Source: a virus
Lineage: Duplodnaviria > Caudoviricetes
Virus record (IMG/VR): IMGVR_UViG_3300037587_000358
Coordinates: 1,719-65,718 of that record
Direction: 5' to 3' (one strand)
DNA: 64,000 nucleotides
Below are positions 38,104-47,800 of this stretch, in pieces (the first letter of the stretch is position 1; every line of letters starts with the position of its first letter). A model generated the notes under the pieces. That model was not told the DNA's origin. It saw only the letters and a list, made by a program, of their open reading frames with translations, and searched no databases. The position numbers and the translations under genes were made by a program.

Positions 38104-38486
38104 TGGAAGAAAAATGCAAATGGGCATGGATGATGGAATGGTGCAAGCAGAGGTACTATCCTCCGGCTGGATCATGGGCATGGAAGTATGCAGGAGAAGC
38201 CTGGCAGCAAAGACAGGACGAACTTGCCGAGGCCTATGCGATATCTTCATGCTGGTACTGTCAGTTAGGAATAGACTCAGGACGTCTCTCTTTAAGGAGT
38301 GTTCCTGAGCCCCCTAACTGGAAAGAAACTCTGTGTGAGCACCACCTGGACAGCCCTGCTCCGGTACACAACGACGGAGAAGATGTTACTTGTGAGATAT
38401 GCGATGACAGGCTTGACGAAGAAGAGCCGGGAGAGCTTGATCATCTAACCAACCTTGAGAAGGCTTTCGGAGTACGGGACTACTAA
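38103..38486 (+). CDS. Hypothetical Cys/Trp-rich protein
   Basis: Translationally coupled to ssb; CxxC motifs. Confidence 0.55.
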   Translation: MEEKCKWAWMMEWCKQRYYPPAGSWAWKYAGEAWQQRQDELAEAYAISSCWYCQLGIDSGRLSLRSVPEPPNWKETLCEHHLDSPAPVHNDGEDVTCEICDDRLDEEEPGELDHLTNLEKAFGVRDY

Positions 38487-38507
38487 AGAAAGGGCATTAA
38501 CAACGAA

Positions 38508-41192
38508 ATGACAGCAGTGATAAAAAGAACTACCTGCCCAAAATGCTCAGCTACCAGAAAGAATAAAACAGAAAAGTGTTGTACGGTATTTTCTAATGGC
38601 AATGAATTCTGCCATCATTGTGCTTGGGATTCGAGTAGAGAAGGAAGACCTAAAGTCGAATATAAGAAGCCTTCTCAGAAGCTACCGCAAGGGAAACCAG
38701 ATGAGTTCAGGGCATTCCTCAAGGCCCGTGGTATCACTGAAGAGGTTGCGGCAAGGAATAAAATAAGCTGGAATGGTAAAGAAATCTTATTCCCGTACTT
38801 ACTTGGCGATCAGATCGTAAATATCAAATACAGAACAAAGGACAAAAAGTTCCGTCAGGAAGCTGGCGCTATGAAAATCTTCTACGGCCTTAATGACATC
38901 GTTGGCGAAAAAGATGTCTATGTGGTCGAAGGTGAACTTGATAAGCTTTCCTGTGAAGTAGCTGGCTATGAAAATGTGGTTTCAACTCCTGACGGCGCCC
39001 CTTCATTAGAGGCAAAGACGTACACTACAAAGTTTAAGTTCATAGATGACTGCGAGCATTTGTTCGCAGCAGCAGAGCGAGTCATTATCGCAGTAGATAA
39101 CGACCTGCCAGGCAAGAAGTTAGAATCGGAGCTGGTAAGAAGGTTCGGCCCAGAGCGGTGCTGGCTGGTTAAGTGGCCTCTTGACTGCAAGGATGCCAAC
39201 GAAGTATTGCTCAAGCACGGCATGGTAAAACTCATGGAATGCCTTGAGAATCCTCGGCAGGGACCCATTGACGGTGTGTTTACATCGGGAGACTTCTTTG
39301 ATGCCTTGGACTCATTGTATGAAGAAGGTCTTCAAGGTGGCGTAAGTACGGGCTGGTTAGAAATAGATAAATACTATACCATAAGACCTGGAGAGATGAC
39401 GATTATTACAGGAATTCCGAGCCACGGTAAAGCATTAAGTATATACGAATACATACCATCTGAAAATGGATGGTTGGTTATGGGTGATATAAAGACAGGA
39501 GACAGGGTTTTTGACGAAAAAGGAAAGCTTTGCAATGTTGTTGGCGTTACCGAGACTATGATTGGTCGCCCGTGTTATAAAATTACCTTTGATGACGGTA
39601 CTGAGGTTGTGTGTGATAAAAACCATGAGTGGTTGACAATATCAGAAGCGGCCAGAAGAAGCGCTTTACAGCAGAAAGCCAAAAGAAATGGAAGGGATAA
39701 GGCATTGCCCAGAGGAACAGACCAGAGATATAAAAGAACTTTTCCTTCGATAGTTACAACTGGGTACATAAACAAGACAATAAAATCTCAGGGTAAAAAC
39801 AACCATCAAGTGTCTTTATGTAAACCTATTCAACGGAAAGAAAAAAACCTCTTAATAGAACCGTATACTCTTGGCGCTTGGCTTGGAGACGGAACTAGTG
39901 CAAATGGGAATATTACGTGCGCAGATATAGATATTATTAAGCGAATTAATTTAGACGGATTTAAAACAACAAAAAATAAAGCTCCTTTGAGATTTAATAT
40001 TGTAGGTTTAAAGGTTTTGCTTAGAAAATATGACCTGATAAACAGTAAGCAAATACCGACTATTTACATGAGAGGCTCTGTTGCGCAAAGATTCGAATTA
40101 CTAAAAGGATTAATGGATACAGACGGCAGTTGTTCTAAATTAGACAGCCGCTGCGAGTTTGTCAGCACTAATAAACAGCTAGCTCTCGCTGTCTTAGAAT
40201 TGGTTTTAGGCTTGGGAATTAAAGCAACCATAATTCCGGGCAAATCAATGTTAAACGGTAAATGCCATGGAGATAAATACAGGATTTGTTTTAATACAGA
40301 AGTGTCTGTATTTCATCTTAAAAGAAAACTTAGCAGGCAGGTACACAAAGGCGATAGAAAGACCAGAAGCCATGCAAGGACAATTATTAGCTGTCAACGT
40401 GTTTCGTCTGTACCTGTGAAGTGTATACAGGTAGATAGTCCATCAAGGTTGTATTTAGCGACTACAAGCTTTATTCCTACTCATAATAGTACGTGGCTGA
40501 CCGCCTTGATGGTGAACCTAACGCATCAGTTCGGCTGGAAGCATAGCATATTCAGCCCTGAGAATCAGCCATTGCAACGGTACATGGGTATTATCGCTGC
40601 AATGTATATTGGCAAGCCGTTTGGCAAAGGTTATACCGAGCGCATAAATAGAGACGAACTGGAAAATGCAAAGAAATGGCTGGACGAGCACTTCTATTTT
40701 ACCCAGCCAAATGATGACGATTTATGTATCGACAGCTTGCTTGATAAGGCAAGGGAAACAGTGAAGAGATACGGTGTCAACGCGGTTATTATTGACCCGT
40801 GGAACGAGATCGATAGCAAGCGTTCCACGGGAGTAAGTGAAACCGAGCATATCAACCAAAGCCTTGCCAAGGTCAGGAGATTCGGAAGGCTATACAATGT
40901 ACATATGTTTATTGTTGCGCATCCTCAGAAGCTACAGAAGGATAAAGACGACAAGTATCCGGCGCCAACAGCTTACGAGATAAGCGGTAGTGCTCATTGG
41001 TATAACAAAGGAGACGGTATAATAGCTGTGTGGAGAGACCCAAAAGACGAAACGAAGCAAGTAGTAATCTATGTGCAGAAGGTCAGGTTCAGAGAAGTAG
41101 GAAAAGTGGGAGAAATTAAACTGGACCATGATGTTGTTACCGGACGCTATTCAGATACCGGATATTTCCAGTCTCACTATAAAGGGATATAG
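38508..41192 (+). CDS. Primase-helicase (T7 gp4/Twinkle-like) interrupted by an intein
   Basis: N-terminal CPKC...CHHC Zn finger; TOPRIM VVEGELD and D.D..G; KDANE; Walker A GIPSHGK|S; IDPWN; VAHP; ISGSA. Confidence 0.92.
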   Translation: MTAVIKRTTCPKCSATRKNKTEKCCTVFSNGNEFCHHCAWDSSREGRPKVEYKKPSQKLPQGKPDEFRAFLKARGITEEVAARNKISWNGKEILFPYLLGDQIVNIKYRTKDKKFRQEAGAMKIFYGLNDIVGEKDVYVVEGELDKLSCEVAGYENVVSTPDGAPSLEAKTYTTKFKFIDDCEHLFAAAERVIIAVDNDLPGKKLESELVRRFGPERCWLVKWPLDCKDANEVLLKHGMVKLMECLENPRQGPIDGVFTSGDFFDALDSLYEEGLQGGVSTGWLEIDKYYTIRPGEMTIITGIPSHGKALSIYEYIPSENGWLVMGDIKTGDRVFDEKGKLCNVVGVTETMIGRPCYKITFDDGTEVVCDKNHEWLTISEAARRSALQQKAKRNGRDKALPRGTDQRYKRTFPSIVTTGYINKTIKSQGKNNHQVSLCKPIQRKEKNLLIEPYTLGAWLGDGTSANGNITCADIDIIKRINLDGFKTTKNKAPLRFNIVGLKVLLRKYDLINSKQIPTIYMRGSVAQRFELLKGLMDTDGSCSKLDSRCEFVSTNKQLALAVLELVLGLGIKATIIPGKSMLNGKCHGDKYRICFNTEVSVFHLKRKLSRQVHKGDRKTRSHARTIISCQRVSSVPVKCIQVDSPSRLYLATTSFIPTHNSTWLTALMVNLTHQFGWKHSIFSPENQPLQRYMGIIAAMYIGKPFGKGYTERINRDELENAKKWLDEHFYFTQPNDDDLCIDSLLDKARETVKRYGVNAVIIDPWNEIDSKRSTGVSETEHINQSLAKVRRFGRLYNVHMFIVAHPQKLQKDKDDKYPAPTAYEISGSAHWYNKGDGIIAVWRDPKDETKQVVIYVQKVRFREVGKVGEIKLDHDVVTGRYSDTGYFQSHYKGI
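39432..40487 (+). mobile_element. Class 3 intein (352 aa) with LAGLIDADG domain in helicase P-loop
   Basis: Starts Ala, ends His-Asn before Ser+1; WCT triad (NHEW, VKCI, PTHN); LGAWLGDG and LKGLMDTDG motifs. Confidence 0.9.
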
Positions 41193-41194
41193 CT

Positions 41195-41521
41195 ATGGTC
41201 AAAAAGCACAAATTCAACGCAGTCTCTACCGTGGTAGATGGCTACCGCTTCGACAGTAAGAAGGAAGCAGCGAGGTATATACGTAACAAGCTTTTAATAC
41301 GTAGCGGTGAGATGGTGATGCAACTCAGACAGGTACCATTCCACCTGCCAGGCGGCGTAGTCTACCGTATAGACTTTATAGAATATTATGCTAATGGCGA
41401 TCAGCTATTTGTTGACGTGAAAGGAAAAGATACAAGCCAGAGCAAGCAGAAGAGAGTGCAGGTTGAAGGATGGTCAGAGAATGGTAAATTAGTTTATCCG
41501 ATTAAAATAACCTTAGTATAG
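41195..41521 (+). CDS. DUF1064-like PD-(D/E)xK nuclease (resolvase-like)
   Basis: K.NA..T.VDG..FDSKKEA, Q..F.L, Y..DF, DVKG motifs. Confidence 0.85.
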   Translation: MVKKHKFNAVSTVVDGYRFDSKKEAARYIRNKLLIRSGEMVMQLRQVPFHLPGGVVYRIDFIEYYANGDQLFVDVKGKDTSQSKQKRVQVEGWSENGKLVYPIKITLV

Positions 41522-41530
41522 GAGGTCGTA

Positions 41531-41899
41531 ATGGATGATTTGTATAAATACAAGAAATATGTGGCTACGACAGACTCTCTTTATCAGAGCAAACGAGCGA
41601 AGCTTACGAAACAGGTAACACACTGGATGGGCAAGTTTGCAATCGTAAAGGGTGAAAATAACAGGCTCCGACAGATGATGAAGACCATTACGGCGTCCAA
41701 TATAAGGATGGTCGCAATGGCAGGGGAGCTGGACAAGGAAGTGGCTGAGCTTAAAGACTGTCTAGCTGAAGCCCGTCTCAGATTCAACGAGCAAGAGAAG
41801 GCATTAGATCATCATCGAAGCGAAGAAGCAAAGAATGGTATCTTGGTCTCCAAGCTAGAGAAACAAGTACAGGAGCTTGAAGCCGGAGCCTTGGTATGA
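41531..41899 (+). CDS. Coiled-coil hypothetical protein
   Basis: SD AGGAGG; heptad pattern. Confidence 0.6.
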   Translation: MDDLYKYKKYVATTDSLYQSKRAKLTKQVTHWMGKFAIVKGENNRLRQMMKTITASNIRMVAMAGELDKEVAELKDCLAEARLRFNEQEKALDHHRSEEAKNGILVSKLEKQVQELEAGALV

Positions 41900-42120
41900 C
41901 CTTCCAGTTCGGAAACGTAGTAGTGGTTGACGGTGGCCAAATAGGAGTCATCGTCAAGTCCTGGGATAAGGACGAATCAGTCTTTACTGATAATGGCAAG
42001 ACCTATGATGTCTATGTCCGTAACCTTAACGGCTTCAGGGAATACAGGGAAGAAGATATCCGGCGCTTTATATACAGTAAAGACCTAACAGATGAAGAAA
42101 AGGAATTCTATGAAGCCTAA
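41896..42120 (+). CDS. Small SH3/KOW-like protein
   Basis: FG.VVVV..GQIGVIV pattern; coupled start. Confidence 0.55.
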   Translation: MTFQFGNVVVVDGGQIGVIVKSWDKDESVFTDNGKTYDVYVRNLNGFREYREEDIRRFIYSKDLTDEEKEFYEA

Positions 42121-42234
42121 AACACCGGACATTGCAAGCGACGCATATGATATGTGGCTTGGCGATGACCCAGAGAACCAAACACCGGAAGACATGGCGG
42201 ATGAAGAAGCAGGCGAAGTGCGGAGGTCAGGATA

Positions 42235-42423
42235 ATGGACTTACAAGGGGTAGGGGAACTGGCACAAAAGATTGATAAACTGGAAAAGAATTTTGCAAAA
42301 GCAGATTATATTTTATCAGAGGTAATGATTGCGCTGGCCTTAGTTCCAGGAGTCAATGACATGGGACATGCATGGGCTGTGAGGAATTACCAAGAATATT
42401 TGAAAGATACAGAGAGGGGGTGA
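42235..42423 (+). CDS. Hypothetical protein
   Basis: 62-aa ORF in operon. Confidence 0.5.
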   Translation: MDLQGVGELAQKIDKLEKNFAKADYILSEVMIALALVPGVNDMGHAWAVRNYQEYLKDTERG

Positions 42424-42428
42424 TTATA

Positions 42429-42629
42429 TTGGCAAAGATAAAAAAGAAAGCAGTGCTCTATCATAAGCTGTTGAAGGGGTTCGGTGTAACCACTGAATGT
42501 GGTATCGCAAGCGACAACACCAAGTCAACATGGGCTGGCGTAAAATGCAAAAGATGTCTCAAGGTTAAAGAGGCAGAGGTAAAAGCAAAAGCAGCAAAGA
42601 AGGCTGCAAAGAAAGGTGGCAAAAAGTAA
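42429..42629 (+). CDS. Small basic Zn-binding-like protein
   Basis: SD GAGGGGG, TTG start; H...CG...CKRC and a Lys/Ala tail. Confidence 0.5.
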   Translation: MAKIKKKAVLYHKLLKGFGVTTECGIASDNTKSTWAGVKCKRCLKVKEAEVKAKAAKKAAKKGGKK

Positions 42630-42693
42630 TAACGAGCTGGGAGCGTAGGGCTAGTAATACTTTTAATAAGTACGGAACCTCCTACTTTCCCAG

Positions 42694-42723
42694 CTTACTT
42701 TAATACGTGATTCGCAATACAAG
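42694..42723 (+). repeat. 30-bp direct repeat, copy 1
   Basis: CTTACTTTAATACGTGATTCGCAATACAAG, identical to 43972-44001. Confidence 0.9.
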
Positions 42724-42741
42724 AAAGAGAGGGATTTTGGC

Positions 42742-43170
42742 GTGACAAATGAATTATGGTGCTTGGTAGGATTGCCGCGATCAGGAAAGACTACGTGGGC
42801 TACTGACAAGGGAGGCGATGATTTTGATCCAATAGTAAGCAAGGATGCCATCAGGCTTGCTTTGCACGGAGAACGGTTCTTGAAAGAACGAGAGGATGAA
42901 GTCCATAGTATATCAAGGATAATGATACATGCCTTGTTCCTTGCAGGCCACAAAGTCGTGGTTCTGGATGAAACTAATACTACAGTCAAGCGAAGGAATG
43001 AATGTAGGTCTGAGCACTGGAGCGTAAGATTCAAGGTGTTTGACACTCCAGTAGGAGAATGCCTAAGAAGGGCCGCGCTCACGGACGACACCGTTATAGT
43101 TCCGATAATAAGAAAGATGGCCGCGCAGTTTGAGCCATTAACCCCAGCAGAAAAAATGTTAGAATTATAA
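42742..43170 (+). CDS. P-loop kinase (polynucleotide-kinase/AAA_33-like)
   Basis: GLPRSGKTT, D.IR, VVLDETN, EC.RR motifs. Confidence 0.85.
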   Translation: MTNELWCLVGLPRSGKTTWATDKGGDDFDPIVSKDAIRLALHGERFLKEREDEVHSISRIMIHALFLAGHKVVVLDETNTTVKRRNECRSEHWSVRFKVFDTPVGECLRRAALTDDTVIVPIIRKMAAQFEPLTPAEKMLEL

Positions 43171-43201
43171 CCTAAAGAAAGAGAGGTGCATTATCAAGGT
43201 A

Positions 43202-43894
43202 ATGAACATAGGGATTATCATACGCAATGACCACGATGATACTTTTCCAGTAGCATTGACACCACAGATGGTATCGATAATACAAAACCTTTTGACACAA
43301 CTACCAGCAGCGCAGTCTAAGTTGGTGGATTCATCAGGCAAGAAGGTAGCATCCAACGCATCAATACCTATTATTCCAAGGCTCATGGAGTTTGATTGGG
43401 ATACAGCGTATGCTCCAATAATGCCAGAAGAAGAGCAGAAGATGATGAAGGCATTGCAGGATAAGTACGCAGAAGACGAAAAGAACTGTTATTTGCAAAG
43501 AACAGAGGCGTCAGATGCAGCCAAGACTGGCGGTATCATTGTTCCAGAGGGTATGAACAAAGACGAAGACGACCCTGATGGCAAGGTGACTAAGCTTAAA
43601 AAGCCTGCGATGTTCACAGACAAGGACAACCCGTTCAATCTGTCGCTTGATGCAAAGGGTAGGGCCAATGTTGACTTGGAAAAGACGGGTTCGGATACCG
43701 AGCCTGACCCGAATGTCGACGATAAAGTAAGCATTGGCTCCGACAAGGAAGAGGAAATCCGTGCCGACGAAGCGGAGACGGCGGGTGCAGAGCCTCCCGC
43801 AGACCAAGCGAAGGCGGCGGAGGGAGAAAGCAGCGAAGATTGCACAGTAACGCCAGAGTCGCTTAATCTTAGCGGCGAGCAGAAAAATATATAG
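43202..43894 (+). CDS. Hypothetical protein with acidic disordered tail
   Basis: 230-aa ORF. Confidence 0.6.
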   Translation: MNIGIIIRNDHDDTFPVALTPQMVSIIQNLLTQLPAAQSKLVDSSGKKVASNASIPIIPRLMEFDWDTAYAPIMPEEEQKMMKALQDKYAEDEKNCYLQRTEASDAAKTGGIIVPEGMNKDEDDPDGKVTKLKKPAMFTDKDNPFNLSLDAKGRANVDLEKTGSDTEPDPNVDDKVSIGSDKEEEIRADEAETAGAEPPADQAKAAEGESSEDCTVTPESLNLSGEQKNI

Positions 43895-43971
43895 GCGATA
43901 AGTCGCCTTGGTGGGCAGGGGTAACAAGGGCAATCTCTGAAAGGGACAGCGCAGGTAAACTCTGCCTACCA

Positions 43972-44001
43972 CTTACTTTAATACGTGATTCGCAATACAA
44001 G
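43972..44001 (+). repeat. 30-bp direct repeat, copy 2
   Basis: Identical to 42694-42723. Confidence 0.9.
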
Positions 44002-44014
44002 GGAGGCATGAAAA

Positions 44015-44326
44015 ATGGATACAAAAGTACATGAGCTAAAGACAGACCCATATGAATTTAACAGCACCGCCGCAGGCATTAAGCTATCCGAGGTAAGGTT
44101 TGATGATAGAGGATATCAGCAAGGACACTATTTATTATTGAGAGAGACTAAATATACTGGTATTGCTATGAGGGATGACCCATCGCAATACCCCCTGACA
44201 TACACAGGCTACCATATCATGGCACAGGTAACGCATATTCACGAAAGACAAGGCATGCAAGATAGCTGGAAAGTCATGTCCATTAAAGTTTTAAGCAAAG
44301 CAACAAGGAGAACGCATGGCTGCTAA
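44015..44326 (+). CDS. DUF3850/ASCH-like protein
   Basis: HELK..P..F.....G.K..E.R.DDR.YQ.G..L.LRE motif. Confidence 0.85.
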   Translation: MDTKVHELKTDPYEFNSTAAGIKLSEVRFDDRGYQQGHYLLLRETKYTGIAMRDDPSQYPLTYTGYHIMAQVTHIHERQGMQDSWKVMSIKVLSKATRRTHGC

Positions 44327-44663
44327 AAACAAGGAGCAGGTATTCGTCATCTGTGATGTCTGCCAGAAGGAGATAGAGCAGGAGCATGCATCACAATTGC
44401 GCTGTGTGTCTGGCGTCGAGGGAGAGTTGTCTCCGTGTCAGGTTATAGCGAAGAATAGAATAGCGAGGAAGCATCACGAAGACAATAAAGGCAAACTGGA
44501 AGAGCGGAAGAAGGTTTGTTTGAAATGCGGAGAAAAATTCAAGAGCAAGGGAGACTATAACAGAATATGCGACCCGTGCTCAGCGGTAAATGGCAGAGTG
44601 ACGAGGACAATGCATAAAACAGGGCTGACTCCCAGTGGGGAGAGGGTTATTAGCTATGCCTAA
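44316..44663 (+). CDS. Zn-finger protein
   Basis: CDVC and CLKCG..F.S....NRIC..C motifs. Confidence 0.7.
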   Translation: MAAKNKEQVFVICDVCQKEIEQEHASQLRCVSGVEGELSPCQVIAKNRIARKHHEDNKGKLEERKKVCLKCGEKFKSKGDYNRICDPCSAVNGRVTRTMHKTGLTPSGERVISYA

Positions 44664-44667
44664 CTAC

Positions 44668-44709
44668 CTTCCGTACAATCCAAGCGCCTTAGAATGGATT
44701 GTACGGAAG
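44668..44709. terminator. 15-bp perfect inverted repeat between convergent operons
   Basis: CTTCCGTACAATCCA-N12-TGGATTGTACGGAAG. Confidence 0.6.
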
Positions 44710-44868
44710 CGGTTTATAGCGTACCTCCTTTCCGTGTAATATATTTGTCGGCGCAAGTCTTACACAGCGACCGCTTGCCTTTGGTACTCCATAGGATAGA
44801 GTCTCCCACGTCTATTACAGCATTACATTGAATGCATTCGACTCGGAATTTTGTCTTTATCCATTTAA

Positions 44869-47800
44869 TCAAGCCTCGTCCCTCCCATGCTTTTTACTGT
44901 ACGCAGCACTGATTTTATCTGCAAGCATTGCATCAATATCCGTTCCTCCTGTTATTTTGCCTAGCTGGTTATGTGCTTTGATTAGATCGACAAGCCAGCC
45001 CCTGTCATGCTTCTTCGGCACATAGTTTTTAGCCATGCTGTCAATATCAATATCGGCTACATGGTAAGACTCTTCTCCCTCTGGCGCCTCCCTGATATCC
45101 ATTACATAATCTTTCTGCGTATACCTCCTTGTCTTCCACTCCTTACGGCAATCAATAGCCGATACACTCCTGAATACGCTCTCGTATTCATACTTCGGAG
45201 CATTCACCACAGACCTATCTATCACCACTTTCTTATTGATCTCAAATAACACCTTTGGCGTTTTTTCCTTACCTGTTGACATGTCGATATCTGCTATTGG
45301 CTCTTCATTCTGCCATACGTCTATACGGAAACCTTCTTCCTGTTTCATTCCCGATGAATGCCACATCTCCAGCACCTTTAACATGTCTTTCGAGGCATAC
45401 TGCAAAGTTGATTTACCGTCTTTGTATAGCCCTATCTCAAAGTGGATACTTGGTGCCTCTTCCAGTCTATGGAGAAGGACAAGCATGCCAGCGGTATGCG
45501 CCTTAATACTCGCCATCTTATCAAACAACTCGTTCTTGATACTCATAACTACTTCCCTCCTGTATTGGTTAAATGTTGGCCCGATGCTATATCGCACATG
45601 TAATCTTGCTTCTTCATCTGGCTCTCTAGATCCTTAACGGCATCAGTATAATATGCAGCCTGTGCTTCAGAATATTTCGGGAGGAACTTTTTTGTGTGCT
45701 TATATTCCTCTGCTTGCTCTTTGAAACTACGAATGATTTCCATTAAGGCTTTGTCTTTTATCGTGACAACATACATCTTATCCGGCATCTATTTTCTCCT
45801 TTGTTATTAATAAAACTTGTGATATAATAAAGCCTCATGTCTCCTTTAGACGGATAGAGTAGCGGCCTGACCCTCCGCGACAACGCTCTATCCGTCTATC
45901 TTATTGCATGTTCCTTTCTCGTCCACAATCATCACAGACAGCTTCGCCTTTGTCCGTCTCAAACGGAAACGGCTCGGCTAATGAATGCTGGCAATGAGCA
46001 CAAGGCATCATTGCCCTGAGACTTTCAATCGCACACTCTTCGTCGGTAGCATCTAAAATGCACACGGCGATGAAATTGGTTATATAAGCAGCGCACGTAA
46101 CAAACGCCTCAAACTCTTTGCCGTTATCCCTGACCAATACCTTTTGTCCTCGCTCATACTTAAGGTTCCATTCGTCCATCAAGTCTTTTTGTATCTCTTC
46201 TTCTGTCATAACGTTATCCTTACCTCCTTCGCTTTTGCCAGTAACTTGAGCAACCCTGTTATGCCTTTGGCACCCTTGGCCTTGGCTAATGCGATCAACG
46301 CCAACTTCTCTGGTAATGTAATTCTGGCATTGATCTGTGTATCTGTATTAAAAGGCACTACCTCAATTGTCATCCCTGTCACTCCCTCCTTGCTTACGCA
46401 TTATATCCCTTATTTTTCTAGCGCTATCACCTTCGGCACATACACTGCGGGACGAGCCATCTGACATGGTTTTGATCATAGCCGTTACCTTCTGCTCTAT
46501 CCGACTATAGGTAATGGCCTCTTTTATTGTCATGTCTTCCTTTGCCTCATTCTCTGTAAACAAACACATCATGCCATTGGCCAGCTCTTCGATATTGATT
46601 GTTAAGATAATCAATGTATCCCCCCTTCAAGGTAGCTTGTTAAATACTGTGGCGGTTCATCTGGATTTGGTTCGTAGATAACGCCTTTGTCGTTCCACTC
46701 TATGATGAACTTGCGGTTACAAGTCAATCCATGGTCAAAGATAAACGACCCGACGAGCCTATGGGTATAGGAAGCGTACATCACTATTGCATGTGCAGTA
46801 ATATACGCATTGTCCCATACAATGTCATCACCATCTATATGAATCCCGCCTTTGTTTTTACTAATGGACATGTTTAGTAACGGCTTTCCGTATGCCTCAT
46901 ATCCGCTTCCATGGATTTCGTTACGGCTTATGTGACCCCATATAAGGTCGTCGTCATGGTGCTTGTACTTCTTGCCCATCAACGCCACATGTATGCCTTC
47001 GCTAAAACAAAAGTCCTTGCTTAATAGGTCGTCCTTGAATGCTCCATATACCTTACATTTCACGGCATCGCTCCCTTCTCTATCATTTGTATCTGGCTCG
47101 GCGGTATCCATACATGGCAGTCATCGCCCTTGGTAAGTTTCATTTTGCCGTTTATCCAGAATCCGTCCTTGAATCTATCAATGCCTCCCTCGTCTACTAC
47201 CACTGCGGTAGTATCTTTCCAATTAAACCAGCATCTATATACTGTTTTCACGCTTCACCCCACTTCCGCAAATGCCTGACCCGTCAATGCCTATTATTGC
47301 CATCAACGCCTTGGTGATTTGGTAAGGCGTAAGATATGGATACAGCTTAGTTGATACAAACTTCAATGTATCGCCTTCCACCTTAGCCGCTATGAACACT
47401 TCCCAGTTAAAATAAGTAGCAGCACATACAATGGTTTTCGTCTTTATATCTAATGACCCCGACTTCTTACTAATCCATTCCTCTATGGCCTTTTTTATAA
47501 TGAGGCCGTGTCTGATCTTCATGTCTATGTCCTTTCGCAAAGTTCCCAAAATTGCTTGAGCATCTTGCCATACTCTTCGTCTTTCTCTGCCTGTTCCATC
47601 TCGTCTTCCATTTCTTCCTTAGCTTCCCTCGCCTCGATCAATGAGTCTTCCAGTTCGTCAACTTGTATTTCCAACATTGATACACGCTGAGACGTCTTGG
47701 CTCGATATGCTTCAAACTCTTCCTTTAACGCCTTGGCACATGCTTCCCTGTTTTCGCCTGGAGCAGCATAGCAATACTTCAAGAGAATATTATCTACTAC

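Noticed and set aside
43925-43960. c-di-GMP-I riboswitch (GGGCAA...GAAA...CGCA resemblance)
   Set aside because: It lacks the GGCAAAC/GACGCAAAG consensus and the second stem; kept only as a generic hairpin.
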